64,000 nt of DNA from positions 42,273 to 106,272 of the forward strand of contig JAYQKE010000006.1 of NCBI GenBank assembly GCA_038142525.1, written 5' to 3'. The DNA is from Rickettsiales bacterium (lineage in GTDB: Bacteria; Pseudomonadota; Alphaproteobacteria; Rickettsiales; UBA1997). The position numbers and the translations under genes are program-made. Below the pieces are notes generated by a model. The model searched no databases, was not told the origin of the DNA, and was given only the letters and a program-made list of their open reading frames with translations. Positions 46,758 to 56,067 of this stretch are shown here, piece by piece. Position 1 is the first letter of the stretch, and every line of letters starts with the position of its first letter.

Positions 46758-47799
46758 TTGGCGTTATTTTATTATTTTAAATTTATGTTAATAAGAATAT
46801 TTCTAACATTATTAATTTTTCTGATATCTAATATGGCTTATGCTATTAAAGATAAGGATACTGTTTTTAATGTTTCTTTTGATACAACTCGTGAATTATA
46901 TTATGACTACAATATGTTGTTCAAAAAATATTGGCTAGAAAAAGCAGGTGAAGAAATTAAAATTTATAGTTCTTTCGGTGGTTCAGGAAAGCAGGCAAGA
47001 AGTGTAATTGATGGTTTAAAAGCAGATGTTGTAACACTTGCTTTGTCATATGATATTGATGCTATTGTTCAAAGGAAAGGGTTAATTGATAAAAATTGGC
47101 AAAGTGAATTTCCTAATAATAGTTCACCTTACTTATCAACTGTAGTTTTTTTAGTTAAAAAAGGTAATCCAAAAAATATTCACGATTGGGATGATTTAAT
47201 TAGAGATGATGTTAAGGTTATTACCCCGAACCCAAAAAGTTCTGGTGGTGCTAGATGGAACTATATGGCAATTTATAGCTATGCTAAGGAGAGATATAGT
47301 GATAATAATAAAATTAAGAATTTTATTAAGAAAATTTTTACTAATGTTCCAATTTTGGATGTTAGCTCACGCGCATTTGCTACTACTACTTTTGTAGCTA
47401 GAAATATTGGAGATGTAGTTATTTCTCCTGAAAGTGAAGCATATTTGGCCATTGATAAATTAGGTAGTGATAAGTTTGATATTATCTATCCATCCTCTAG
47501 TATTTTGGTTGATTCTCCAATTGCTATAGTTGATAAAAGAGTTGATAAAAAGAGTAATAGGAAATTAGCGACAGAATATTTAAAATATCTTTATAGTCAG
47601 GAGGCTGACAGAGATTTTTGTAAAAAATCATTATAGACCAGCAAATAAAAAGATTTTAGATAAATATCGTAAGAAATTTCCAAAGATGAAATTATATTAC
47701 ATTGAACAATTGGGCGGTTGGGAAAAAGCACAAAAAGAGCATTTTGATGCTAATGCTTTATTTGATAAGATTTATAGTGAAATAGTAGCTATTAACTAG
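46758..47799 (+). CDS. sbp: Sulfate ABC transporter substrate-binding protein (frameshift near 47610)
   Basis: NVSFDTTRELY, GGSGKQARSVIDG, NPKSSGGARWNY; shifted tail GGWEKAQKEHF. Confidence 0.92.
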
Positions 47800-47817
47800 T
47801 TTAAGAAAATACTGACA

Positions 47818-48866
47818 ATGTTAGAAAAACTAGTTCGGGATAAAATTGCTCAAGAAAATTATATCACTATTAAAGATTTTATCAATCTATCACTTTTTCA
47901 TCCAGAATTTGGTTATTATATTAATCAAAATCCTATTGGTAAAGATGCTGATTTTACCACCTCTCCTGAAATTTCACAAATATTTGGTGAAATTATAGCT
48001 TTTTTTCTGATTGATTTTTGGCAAAGAAAATATCCAAACCAACAGATTAATTTAATTGAAATGGGTGCAGGTCAGGGCACCTTAATGTCAGATTTTCTAA
48101 GAATTGCTAGGCAAATACCAGCATTTTACCAAAATATCAATATTCATATAATTGAAATTAATCAAAAATTAATCAAAATTCAGCAAAATAGATTGAAAGA
48201 TTTTGATATTAAATGGTGGAACAATTTTGATGAATTTAGTCAAAATTGTCAGAATTTACCAATCTTTTTTATTTCAAATGAATTATTTGATTGTTTTGCT
48301 ATTGATCAATTTATTCTAGAAGATGATATTTGGTATCAAAAAGTTTTAATTTTAGAAGAAAATCAATTAAAATTTGATAAAATTAAGGTAAAAACCGATA
48401 TTAATTTATCAATTCCTAAAGAATTTCAAAAGAATCTTAAAAATGGCTCTATTTTTGAAAAAAATATTGCAGCTGAAGAATTTATAAGAAAATTATCAGA
48501 AAAAATATCTCAAAATAATGGCATTGCTATAAATATTGATTATGGTTATTATGAGAATTTTTTAAAGATACATTACAATCAGTAAAAAATCATAAATTTA
48601 ATAATATTTTAGAAAATATCGGCAAATCTGACTTTACATCTTATGTTAATTTTCATCAATTAGCAAAAATCTCAATGCAAAATAAATTAAATGTTAATTT
48701 TATGACCCAAAGAGAATTTTTATTATCAAATGGTTTAGAATTAAGGCATAAAATTCTAGTGCAATCGGCAAAAAAAGATCAGGATAAGATAAGTTTAGCA
48801 ATTGATAGGCTCATTGATAAAAATAAAATGGGCGATATATTTAAGGTGATGGTTAATTATAGATAA
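47818..48866 (+). CDS. MidA/NDUFAF7-family SAM-dependent methyltransferase (frameshift near 48560)
   Basis: GYY, DFTTSPEISQIFGE, EMGAGQG, SNELFD, IDYGY, MGDIFKV. Confidence 0.9.
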
Positions 48867-48870
48867 ATTA

Positions 48871-49216
48871 TCAATTTGAAGCTAAAATTCTATTTTTACC
48901 TTTCATTGCTAATTGAATTTCATCCATAGTTCTAATTTGTGATAATTTTATATCTTTATTATTAAGATATTTATCAGATAAAATCCTCAATCTTTCAGGT
49001 CTGGTAAGATAAACCCATTCAATTTTAAGAGTCTTAACTTCATCTTGTAAATATTCTATTTCTTCATTGATATTATCTAACTTAACCTGTAAATTACCTG
49101 TTTTAAATTGAATAAAAAATAGCGAACAAATTCTTTGCCAAAACAGTCAAGAATAATATAAAATTGAAAAAATAAATTTTATATAATTTGTCTAATTTTA
49201 AATATAAGAAATTCAT
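48871..49216 (-). CDS. ftsL: Cell division protein FtsL (not in ORF track; frameshift near 49115-49135)
   Basis: TM segment then coiled coil ending LKIEWVYLTRPERLRILSDKYL (alphaproteobacterial FtsL signature); directly downstream of rsmH. Confidence 0.82.
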
Positions 49217-49228
49217 AATTAATATAAT

Positions 49229-50161
49229 TTAATTTTTAATCGCTACACGCATTCTTGCAGATCTTGCCCTAATATTTTCTTTAATCTCTTCTTTGGTAGG
49301 TTTTATGGCTTTTAGTTTTTTACAAGAGAAGGGATATTTTTCACTATCAATTTTTACAGGATTTTGAGCATATTTAGATCTAGCTCTATTTTCATAATCA
49401 CTATTTTGTTTGATAAAATATTTAACTATTTTATCTTCCAAAGAATGAAAAGAGACTATAATTAATTTCCCGTCTTTTTTTAAAATATCTTTACTATCTT
49501 TGAGAATTTTTTCTAATTGACCTAATTCATCATTAACAAAAATTCTAATGGCTTGAAAAGTTTTAGTAGCAGAATCAATTTTTGAATGACCTCTTTGGCC
49601 AATAGCCTTTTTAATAATGTCGGCTAATTCTAAAGTTGTTTCAATTTTTTTAATTTTTCTATTTTCTACAATTTTTTTGGCAATTTTGCGTGACCTTCTT
49701 TCGTCACCATAATTATAAATAATATTTGCCAATTCTTCTTCAGCAGTATTATTAATTACCTCAAAAGCAGTTAATTTTTGCTCCTGATTCATTCTCATAT
49801 CTAATTTTGCATTTTTTTGGAAAGAAAATCCTCGATCTGATTGATCAATTTGCATAGAAGAAACTCCTAAATCTAAAATTAAAGCATCAAATTTTTGACC
49901 ATCTAAATGCTTTTTAATATCAGCAAATTCACTAGAAATAAAATTAAAGCGATCACCATATTCTTTTTTAAAATTATTGGCAATTTCTATGATATTTTTA
50001 TCACGATCAAAGGCTAAAATATTACAATTTGCAGCTTCTAAAATTCTACGGCTATAACCACCAGCACCAAAAGTACCGTCAATATATCTCTTACCATTTT
50101 CAGGTTTTAAATATTCTATAATTTGATCAATTAAAACTGGTTTATGTATCATTTTTACCAC
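49229..50161 (-). CDS. rsmH: 16S rRNA m4C1402 methyltransferase
   Basis: HKPVL, DGTFGAGGYS, DLGVSSMQID, SFHSLEDKIVK, RARSARMR. Confidence 0.97.
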   Translation of the reverse strand: MVKMIHKPVLIDQIIEYLKPENGKRYIDGTFGAGGYSRRILEAANCNILAFDRDKNIIEIANNFKKEYGDRFNFISSEFADIKKHLDGQKFDALILDLGVSSMQIDQSDRGFSFQKNAKLDMRMNQEQKLTAFEVINNTAEEELANIIYNYGDERRSRKIAKKIVENRKIKKIETTLELADIIKKAIGQRGHSKIDSATKTFQAIRIFVNDELGQLEKILKDSKDILKKDGKLIIVSFHSLEDKIVKYFIKQNSDYENRARSKYAQNPVKIDSEKYPFSCKKLKAIKPTKEEIKENIRARSARMRVAIKN

Positions 50162-50603
50162 TTAATCTTAAAATATTTCTTTTCTCTTTAGCTCTAATTT
50201 TAGCAGAAGAGGCATAGTCAGAGAATTTTTCTGGTTGCCAAATTTCAAAAGTTTTACCTTTACCAACAAAAATTGCCTTATCATTTAAATCGGCAATAGA
50301 AATTAAATTTTCTGGCAAAATAATTCTACCATCTTGATCCATAGAAATTTGCATCGATCCAGCAAGAATTGTTGTGGCAAATGAGTCGCGATCTTCGCAA
50401 AAAGGATCGAGATCATCAATTGCATCACTTAATTTTTTAATTCTCTCAATATTGCAACCCTCAATACATGGATTAACGAATGATTCATATAAAATAACTC
50501 CAGAAAAATTTTCATCAGATAAATATGGGCGAAATTGAGCAGGTACGGAAACTCGCCCCTTTTTGTCAATTTTGTTAATGAATGTTGATAAAAACAAAGC
50601 CAT
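50142..50603 (-). CDS. mraZ: Division/cell-wall cluster repressor MraZ
   Basis: KIDKKGRVSVPAQFR and DQDGRIILP repeats; FEIWQP. Confidence 0.96.
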   Translation of the reverse strand: MALFLSTFINKIDKKGRVSVPAQFRPYLSDENFSGVILYESFVNPCIEGCNIERIKKLSDAIDDLDPFCEDRDSFATTILAGSMQISMDQDGRIILPENLISIADLNDKAIFVGKGKTFEIWQPEKFSDYASSAKIRAKEKRNILRLSGKNDT

Positions 50604-50617
50604 ATGCCAATATATTC

Positions 50618-50662
50618 CGGAATTTTATGGGATTTAACGGTTTAATATGGAATATTGTGGGA
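50618..50662. promoter_or_regulatory. Probable MraZ-binding repeats
   Basis: Five YGG-centred units at exact 10-bp spacing (CGGAA, TGGGA, CGGTT, TGGAA, TGGGA) immediately upstream of mraZ. Confidence 0.65.
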
Positions 50663-50815
50663 GAATACTATAAATAAGTCAAGAAGTTTATAAGAAGAAT
50701 GTCCAGTTGTGTCACATGGGAGAACCTGATTTAAAGGTCGGAATAAGTTATTTAATTTGATTGAGATCAAAATTTTATAATTTATAATATCATTTTATAA
50801 ATTATAAGAATTACA

Positions 50816-51040
50816 ATGTTTGAACAGACCTTTAAAAATATAGATAATATTCTTCATAAAGATTCTGATTGCGGTAACGAGCTTGATTATGTTGAACAAA
50901 CTTCTTGGCTATTATTTTTAAAATATTTAGATGATTTAAGAGATTTTGTTGATCAAAAATTATTTCCTTATCTTAGAAATTTCAAAGAAAATACTAGCAA
51001 CCCAAACATAGTTGAATATAAAATTGAAGAAATATTATGA
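50816..51040 (+). pseudogene. N-terminal remnant of a type I R-M methyltransferase (HsdM)
   Basis: MFEQTFKNIDNIL..D..C..ELDYVEQTSWLLFLKYLDDL...KLFPYL..FK...EYKI; no catalytic motifs. Confidence 0.78.
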
Positions 51041-51591
51041 AAATAATAGATCAAAAAAGCTTAGAAAATGCTTATAAATTATTTGAAACAAATGATATTG
51101 ATAAAATTGAAATTGGCACAATCAAAGGTTTAAAAGATATTCATAAATATTTATTTAATAATTTATATGATTTTGCAGGACAAGTAAGAGATAAAAACAT
51201 CTCAAAAGGCAATTTTAGATTTGCAAATTGCTTATATTTGAATGAAATTTTACCAAAAATTGAGCAAATGCCACAAAATAATTTTAAAGAAATTATCGAA
51301 AAATATGTTGAAATAAACATCGCCCATCCATTTATGGAGGGTAATGGTAGATCAATGCGAATCTGGCTAGATATGATCTTAAAAAAACAGCTTAAAAAAG
51401 TAATTAATTGGCAATTAATTGATAAAATTCTCTATCTACAAGCAATGGAGAGGAGTCCAATTAATGATTTAGAATTAAAAACATTAATTGAATCGAACCT
51501 AACTGACAAAATTAATGATAGAGAGATAATTTTTAAAGGAATTGAACAATCTTATTATTATGAAGGGTTGGAAAAGGAAGAAGATGAATGA
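51037..51591 (+). CDS. fic: Fic protein adenylyltransferase (class III-like, C-terminal autoinhibitory helix)
   Basis: [16 protein letters not shown] catalytic motif; C-terminal SYYYEG. Confidence 0.92.
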   Translation: MKIIDQKSLENAYKLFETNDIDKIEIGTIKGLKDIHKYLFNNLYDFAGQVRDKNISKGNFRFANCLYLNEILPKIEQMPQNNFKEIIEKYVEINIAHPFMEGNGRSMRIWLDMILKKQLKKVINWQLIDKILYLQAMERSPINDLELKTLIESNLTDKINDREIIFKGIEQSYYYEGLEKEEDE

Positions 51592-51652
51592 TATAAGGCA
51601 AAATTGGGAGATTGAAATTATTTTAGTTGCTTGAGTATTAAATAATCCGAAT

Positions 51653-51769
51653 TGGCTGGGATGGCAGGATGACGTCATCGCTTCGCTTGACTAGCAAATT
51701 ACTCAGAATTTTTTCAAAATTCCTGCGTCATTTGTCGAACCTAACGGTCCTCATGCCTGCACTTTTACA
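51653..51769 (-). repeat. tRNA-Gln-3'-end structured repeat, distal copy (117 bp)
   Basis: Identical to 55547-55663 except for one base; on the minus strand ends ATCCTGCCATCCCAGCCA, the tRNA-Gln 3' end. Confidence 0.92.
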
Positions 51770-52481
51770 GTAAAATTGAGCTTGTATAATTAATTGATGT
51801 TAGAATTATTATGTCGAATTGGTCGCCCATAATTGACATTATTTGAACCAAATATCAAAAAGAATTAAGACTTTTATATTTGCAAGTTAAATAAGGGAAC
51901 CTCTGAAAAACCAATTATCTAATTTATAGATTTGAAACTGTTTAATTTTGTTATTTTTGCCAAAGTTTAGCAAAGTTATTTTATAAAATTTTGTTTGAAT
52001 TTATTTGATAAAAATAGCCAGAAAAGCTTGATTTATCTAGCTTTTTTGCTTATTATTGATATATTAAATTCAAATAAAATATATAATTATGGCAACCCAG
52101 CAATCATTTTTTTCATTAGCAATTTCTGGTAGAAAATTAAGAGCGGAGAAGTTTCTTAATCAAATGACGGATATTATTCCATGGCAAAGATTGATTGATA
52201 AGATAGAGCCTTTTTATCCTAATGGTACTAGTGATTACGGTGGCAGGAAGGTGACAGATTTATTATTAATATTTAAGATTCATTTGTTACAGCAGTGGTT
52301 TGGTCTTAGTGATCCAGCTATGGAGGATGCTATATATGATAGAATAAGTTTTCAAAAATTCTTAAATATTGATATTGGTATTGATAATGTTCCGGATGAG
52401 ACTGTGATATTGAGATTCCGTCATTTATTGGAAAAGCATAATTTATCGTCGATTATATTTAACGAGGTAAATTCATATCTT

Positions 52482-53862
52482 AAGACCTTTGCATAAATCA
52501 TTGATTTTTCTCTAATTTTCCTTCAGAATATTTTTTTGAAGGAAATTTTTGGAAAAAACTGTATTTTTTGATATTTTTGACAATTTATTGGCAAAAATAT
52601 TGGTTATTTCGGTGTTTTTGTGGTATTCTTTGTTGTTTTGTGGATTTTGGACACAATTATCCTAATTCCAGTTGTTTTGGTGGCACCAATGCTTTTATTT
52701 TATTAACTGCTTTGAGTAGATTTAAACAAATAGCTTTTTAGAGTAAATTGAGCATTTACTTTTTTTGTTGTAAAATAAGAAGCTTTATTGAATTTAAATC
52801 TTCTTTTTAGAGTTCCAAAAGATTGTTCAACAATAAATCTTCTTTTTGATACAGCTTTATTAAATCTTTTTTGCCATTTGGTCATGGGTTTTCCTTTTGG
52901 CTTTTTATACATCAATCTGGTTTTGATGCCTTTTTTTCGTAAGATATCTCTATTTCCTTTAGAATCATAACCCTTATCTCCAGAAAATTTATCACAATCC
53001 GTTACCATATCCTCCATTTGATTAATCTCAGATTGATTGGCTGGAATTGTTTTGGTTTTATTGATAAATCCTTCTTCATCTGTTGTGGCAAATGATTTAA
53101 ATCCAAAATGATATTTATTTCCCTTCTTTAGCCAAGTGGCATCTGGATCTGCCGATTCTGATTGCTCAATAGTTAAGTTTCCTATTTTATTATTAGAAAT
53201 TTGATCTTCATTCCTGTCTTTAGTAATATTATCTTCTATTGTCTTTGTCCTATTTGGTCTAGAATTAGACTCAATCAATGTAGCATCTATTACTGCAAGA
53301 TTAGCTTTTTTAACTTTGAGATTATTCTCTGATAATTGATTATTAATCTCAGATAATAATTTATCTAACAAATCTCTTTCAATTAATTTATTTCTGAATC
53401 TACAGATAGTTGAATGATCTGGCACCTTATCACTAATATCAAAGCCACAAAATGATATAAAATCAAGCCTTACCTTTACAGCATATTCTAATTCTTCATC
53501 GCTTAAACTATTCCATTGACCAAGTAGAACAAGCTTTAACATAGATATTTTATCATAAGATTTTCTACCTCTGTCGCTATTTTCATTAAAGTCTTTTTTG
53601 TGAATCTTGACCAAATAAGATCTCAACCTCTCCCAATTTATTAATTTATCTAACTTTAACAATTTACTGTCATTTTTTAATCTCTCTTGAATGGAAATAG
53701 AAGCAAAAGTAACCATAATTTATTAATATTTCATTATAATAAACAGCAATAAAGCTAGATAAATACTAGCTTTATTGCTGTTTTATTCAAGAAAAAATTG
53801 ATGAAATTAAGAAAAAACCAAGAGAAAGTTAGGGAAATTTTAATGATCTATGCAAAGGTCTT
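52482..53862 (-). mobile_element. Second IS5-family element (IS1106-like ends) nested in IS5 copy 2
   Basis: TIRs AAGACCTTTGCATA(A/G)ATCATT; ATCTT duplicated at 52477-52481 and 53863-53867. Confidence 0.92.
52703..53716 (-). CDS. IS5-family transposase (late frameshift near 52735)
   Basis: LLGQWNSLSDEELE, PDHSTICRFRN, IDATLIES, DPDATWLKKG, GDKGY, RFIVEQSFGTLK. Confidence 0.93.
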   Translation of the reverse strand: MVTFASISIQERLKNDSKLLKLDKLINWERLRSYLVKIHKKDFNENSDRGRKSYDKISMLKLVLLGQWNSLSDEELEYAVKVRLDFISFCGFDISDKVPDHSTICRFRNKLIERDLLDKLLSEINNQLSENNLKVKKANLAVIDATLIESNSRPNRTKTIEDNITKDRNEDQISNNKIGNLTIEQSESADPDATWLKKGNKYHFGFKSFATTDEEGFINKTKTIPANQSEINQMEDMVTDCDKFSGDKGYDSKGNRDILRKKGIKTRLMYKKPKGKPMTKWQKRFNKAVSKRRFIVEQSFGTLKRRFKFNKASYFTTKKVNAQFTLKSYLFKSTQSS

Positions 53863-54799
53863 ATCTTGAAGAGAATGATCTTTTGTTGAAGGAGGATACG
53901 ATAACTGATGCGACATTAATATCTGCTCCAACTAGTACAAAAAACAAGAAGAGGAAAAGGGACCAAGAGATGTCTTCTACCAAGAAAGGGAAGAATTATT
54001 ATTTTGGCATGAAGTCTCATATTGGTGTGCAAACTAAGGGTAAGCCAATTATTCATTCTATTGTCACGACGACAGCTAAAGATCATGATTCTACTAAAAC
54101 AGAGGAGTTATTACATGGTGATGAAACTTCTTTATTTGGTGACAAGGCCTATGATGATAAGGCAATAAAAAGATTTTGTAGGAATCACAATATATTTTAT
54201 GGTATAACCAATAGAGCTAAATCTAACAAAAAACTTTCAAATAAGCAATTAAAAAAAAAAAAGAGGAATAAACAATTTTCATCAGTTCGAGCTAAAGTTG
54301 AACATCCATTTCAAATTATAAAGCATCTTTGGGGCTATAGAAAGGTTAGATATAATGGTTTACAAAAGAATACTAATCAATTACAAATGCTATCATCCCT
54401 TGCTAATCTCTATATGGTTAGAAAAATACTACCAAATACAGCGTAACAAGGGATAAATGTGTCTAATTTAGCCAAAAATGGTAAAATTAGACAAGAAACT
54501 AGAGAAATTACCACAAATAATGCCTAAATTTGGATAAAGATTGTTAATTTTTAACAAAATTAGCAATCTTTATCAAATTATAAAAATTTTTTCTGAAAAA
54601 TGAAAAAATAGACAAAATTAAATAGGAAAATCAGAGGTTCCTAAGAGCTAAATTTTAAATAATAAGATCAATTATGAATTCTAATTTATTAAGAATTAAA
54701 ATTATTTGATAGCAAAGATATTGATAAAATTGAAATTGACACCATTAAAAGCAGGGCTGGCGGATTATTCAAAACATAGTTTATAAATTACACCTTGTG

Positions 54800-55141
54800 T
54801 TAATTTTTGATAAATTTTAATTTGGCAATATTATTTAAAATGTCTTTTTTATTTATATTACCCATTTCATTTTTTGAATAAATAGAAATTACATATAAAA
54901 TATCATTTACTTTTAAGTAATATATTATTCTAAATCCAGATGACTTACCCTTATTAATTGATGAATTTTTTATTCTTGCTTTAAATATAGGAAGCTTAAT
55001 TCCCTGTATTTTATCAGATTTAATTTCTTTATTTTCTGAAATATCTTTAATAAAAAAATCAATATCTTGTTTAAAATTTTTATATCTTTTTGCTAGTTTT
55101 TTAACATCTGATTTTGCAAGATCTGATAAAATAACCTTCAT
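54800..55141 (-). CDS. RelE/ParE-family toxin
   Basis: AKSDVKKLAKRYK...KARIKNSSINKGKSSGFRIIYY...ISIYSKNE. Confidence 0.85.
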   Translation of the reverse strand: MKVILSDLAKSDVKKLAKRYKNFKQDIDFFIKDISENKEIKSDKIQGIKLPIFKARIKNSSINKGKSSGFRIIYYLKVNDILYVISIYSKNEMGNINKKDILNNIAKLKFIKN

Positions 55142-55144
55142 ATT

Positions 55145-55423
55145 TTATTCAATATCTTTTTTTACATCTTCCCAATCATGACCTTCAAATTGATTACTTT
55201 CAATTTGTTTAGCATATTCTTCAATAACTGGCTTTAATATTAAATCTGCCTCATCTTCCAAAATATCATCACTATAAGAAATGTTTTGTTTCTCAATTTT
55301 AACTTTAGCATATTTATCAATTGCAGTAATTGCCATATCTCTCATTGTCTTACCACTCATAACAGAAAGAGATTTTAATGTTTTGTGCAAAGAATCTGGT
55401 AAATCTATAGTTAATCTAGTCAT
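55145..55423 (-). CDS. Ribbon-helix-helix antitoxin
   Basis: MTRLTIDLPDSLHKTLKSLS...GKTMRD; acidic C-terminus ending WEDVKKDIE; 3 bp upstream of the toxin. Confidence 0.8.
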   Translation of the reverse strand: MTRLTIDLPDSLHKTLKSLSVMSGKTMRDMAITAIDKYAKVKIEKQNISYSDDILEDEADLILKPVIEEYAKQIESNQFEGHDWEDVKKDIE

Positions 55424-55451
55424 ATTATTTGAATTTTAATTAATAATTAAC

Positions 55452-55490
55452 ATTATACCTTAAAAAAGTAAAAAAGTAAATACTTTTTTA
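55452..55490 (-). promoter_or_regulatory. TA promoter -10 box and operator repeats
   Basis: TATAAT on the minus strand at 55452-55457; AAAAAAGT twice plus inverted ACTTTTTT at 55462-55489. Confidence 0.5.
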
Positions 55491-55546
55491 TATTTAAAAT
55501 AAACTTACCTTAGAAATTGTTCTTAAAACTGAATAGCTATCCTAAT

Positions 55547-55663
55547 TGGCTGGGATGGCAGGATGACGTCATCGCTTCGCTTGACTAGCAAATTACTCAG
55601 AATTTTTTCAAAATTCCTGCGTCATTTGTCGAACCTAACGGTTCTCATGCCTGCACTTTTACA
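55547..55663 (-). repeat. tRNA-Gln-3'-end structured repeat, proximal copy (117 bp)
   Basis: 47 bp downstream of tRNA-Gln; minus strand folds into the T-stem GCAGG/CCTGC closing three hairpins, then CATCCCAGCCA. Confidence 0.92.
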
Positions 55664-55710
55664 AATAAGTATCAGTTTTATGAAATGATCAAGTAAAATT
55701 ATCATCGAAT

Positions 55711-55785
55711 TGGCTGGGATGGCAGGATTCGAACCTGCGCATGACGGGATCAAAACCCGTTGCCTTACCACTTGGCCACATCCCA
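55711..55785 (-). tRNA. tRNA-Gln (anticodon TTG), CCA encoded
   Basis: TGGGATGTGGCCAAGTGGTAAGGCAACGGGTTTTGATCCCGTCATGCGCAGGTTCGAATCCTGCCATCCCAGCCA folds into a canonical cloverleaf. Confidence 0.97.
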
Positions 55786-55862
55786 TTAAGAAGTGTGATA
55801 GTAGAATAATCCACAAATCGGATGAAGTTTCAAGGGTAAAAGGCAATTAAATTAAAATTTGT

Positions 55863-55883
55863 CCTTACCACTTGGCCACATCC
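55863..55883 (-). repeat. 21-bp duplicate of the tRNA-Gln 5' end/D-arm
   Basis: CCTTACCACTTGGCCACATCC identical to 55763-55783, offset exactly 100 bp. Confidence 0.85.
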
Positions 55884-56067
55884 TAAAAATATATAATTAT
55901 CATTTAATAACAAATGAAATAGATCGAGATAGATTCCTATTTTTTTTAGTTAAAGTCAAGAAATAATTAAAAAATATCAGATAATATCACTTTTATCTTT
56001 TAATTTAAAAAAAATATCTAACAATTAAATATGGTAAAATTTTATCATGATAATTTTTTTTTAATAT

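Larger units (their letters stand above)
51896..54641 (+). mobile_element. IS5-family insertion sequence, copy 2, transposase split by a nested IS
   Basis: Same ends and transposase as 5481-6832; TAAG target duplication (51892-51895, 54642-54645); ORF halves 52089-52481 and 53868-54446. Confidence 0.95.

Noticed and set aside
51653-55663. CRISPR array, or intron-containing tRNA genes
   Set aside because: Only two 117-bp units 3.9 kb apart and no cas genes; the repeats lack D-arm, anticodon arm and 5' acceptor strand, so they are not complete tRNAs
50760-55785. Prophage or classical integrase-bearing genomic island at tRNA-Gln
   Set aside because: No integrase, replication or structural genes in the islet; only att-like repeats and small cargo
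55622-55846. 74-aa ORF
   Set aside because: Spurious translation across tRNA-Gln and the adjacent repeat
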